Assembly (NCBI GenBank): GCA_040752695.1
Contig: JBFMGO010000015.1
Coordinates: forward strand, 1-64,000
From: a bacterium
Lineage (GTDB): Bacteria; SZUA-182; DTGQ01
Length of the DNA: 64,000 nt
Direction of reading: 5' to 3'
A program made the position numbers and the translations under genes. The stretch's first letter is position 1, and the number at the start of each line of letters is the position of its first letter. Below the pieces are notes generated by a model. That model worked only from the letters and a program-made list of their open reading frames with translations. It did not search any database and was not told the DNA's origin. Below, piece by piece: positions 62,933 through 64,000 of this stretch.

Positions 62933-64000
62933 ATGAAAAAAATATGGTTTTTGAAGGCGTTGGGAATGGTCCTTTTTCTTTTTACCGCTTTATTTTTTAC
63001 AGCCAACCAGATTCTGGCTGCTACTACCGACACGTATATTGAGTTTGATAATATAGACGAGTCTGCCCAAAATGCGCAATACATTCGATGGGAAGCCAAA
63101 GCCAAGCTGGCTTATGACGTAGTGGTTACCATGATTGATGATGACGGTAATAAATTTACGGTAACTTTCTCAACGAAAGATGACAGCAATCCCTATACGG
63201 TGTCGTCTTCATCATATGTCAATAACATCGGAACCAGCTACTATAATACCAATCCAAGCATCCAGACATTCGAGGCAAGCTTTAACACTCTCATGAGCAA
63301 TTTCTTTATCCTGGGAGGAACCCATTTCTATACTCCCGGAAATTCACGGGCCAAGATTGATAAAATCCGTATTTACGGTGATGACATTTACCTTTATTAC
63401 TTCGGCCTGGCAAACGGTTTGGGTTCCCCTGTCTGGGAAATCGATGATTCTGATTTCAGCAGTTGGTCGGATGTTTCCGATTTCAAATCTGATGACGGAG
63501 ATTTATCGGATACGGCAACGATCGATTTCCAGGATACTTACCTGCGTTTGACCAAAAAAGTGGCTAGCGTGACTACCGGTACCACCTATCAGATCGATCC
63601 GGCCACAGGACTTCCCTATGGTTATGGAACAAGCGGTTATCCGACCACTGGTTATTATCCCTACGGCTATTATCCGACTACTGGCTATCCAACGACCTAT
63701 CCGACTACTGGCTATCCAACTACTGGCTATCCGACGACGACCGGCTACGCAACCTATGTCGATCCACGCACCGGACAGCAATATCTTGTTCCTACTACGG
63801 GTTCTACGACTACAGGTTATCCGACTACAACAGGATATTACCCGACCACCACTGGCACGGGATATTATCCGACCACTGGCACGGGATATTATCCGACCAC
63901 AGGCACAGGATACTATCCGACTATGGGTACTGGGTACTACCCAACCACGAGTACGGGTACGGGGTACTACCCGACCACAGGCACAGGATATTATCCGACA
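62933..64000 (+). CDS. Secreted protein with (G)YYPTT(GT) repeats, truncated by the window edge (not in the ORF track)
   Basis: GAGGAGG RBS; MKKIWFLKALG... signal peptide; frame open to the window end; YPTTG/GTGYYPTT repeats from about 63620. Confidence 0.85.
   Translation, partial: MKKIWFLKALGMVLFLFTALFFTANQILAATTDTYIEFDNIDESAQNAQYIRWEAKAKLAYDVVVTMIDDDGNKFTVTFSTKDDSNPYTVSSSSYVNNIGTSYYNTNPSIQTFEASFNTLMSNFFILGGTHFYTPGNSRAKIDKIRIYGDDIYLYYFGLANGLGSPVWEIDDSDFSSWSDVSDFKSDDGDLSDTATIDFQDTYLRLTKKVASVTTGTTYQIDPATGLPYGYGTSGYPTTGYYPYGYYPTTGYPTTYPTTGYPTTGYPTTTGYATYVDPRTGQQYLVPTTGSTTTGYPTTTGYYPTTTGTGYYPTTGTGYYPTTGTGYYPTMGTGYYPTTSTGTGYYPTTGTGYYPT

Overview
A 64-kb bacterial chromosomal window whose gene content suggests an anaerobe. 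Left to right it carries: a surface NHL-repeat protein; two divergent large secreted multiheme c-cytochromes; a receiver/degenerate-GGDEF protein with an MshEN-PilB/GspE ATPase; a complete V/A-type ATP synthase operon (G/H-C-I-K-F-E-A-B-D); housekeeping genes (rqcH, recO, era, pabB, nth, tatB-tatC, icd-mdh-ndk, feoAB, xseAB); and trpEGDCF. The best candidate for a novel system is a minus-strand RiPP-like operon at 36.7-41.6 kb. It encodes an RRE-M50 peptidase, an unusual stomatin(SPFH)-radical SAM/SPASM fusion, a PlpX/splicease-like radical SAM, and a 234-aa Tyr/Gly/Pro/Trp-rich putative precursor with repeated xYG[IVA] motifs. A Cys-less 'dead' radical SAM lies upstream and a secreted (GLYG)n protein lies nearby. 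Other notable items are a translationally coupled HEPN-ParA(KGGVGR)-P-loop three-gene candidate defence module, an unannotated Trp leader peptide with an attenuator ahead of trpE, a duplicated ~75-bp inverted-repeat element between the cytochromes, and many short tandem duplications at gene ends. I saw no rRNA, tRNA, CRISPR array or transposase. All calls come from motif recognition by eye; no searches were run.
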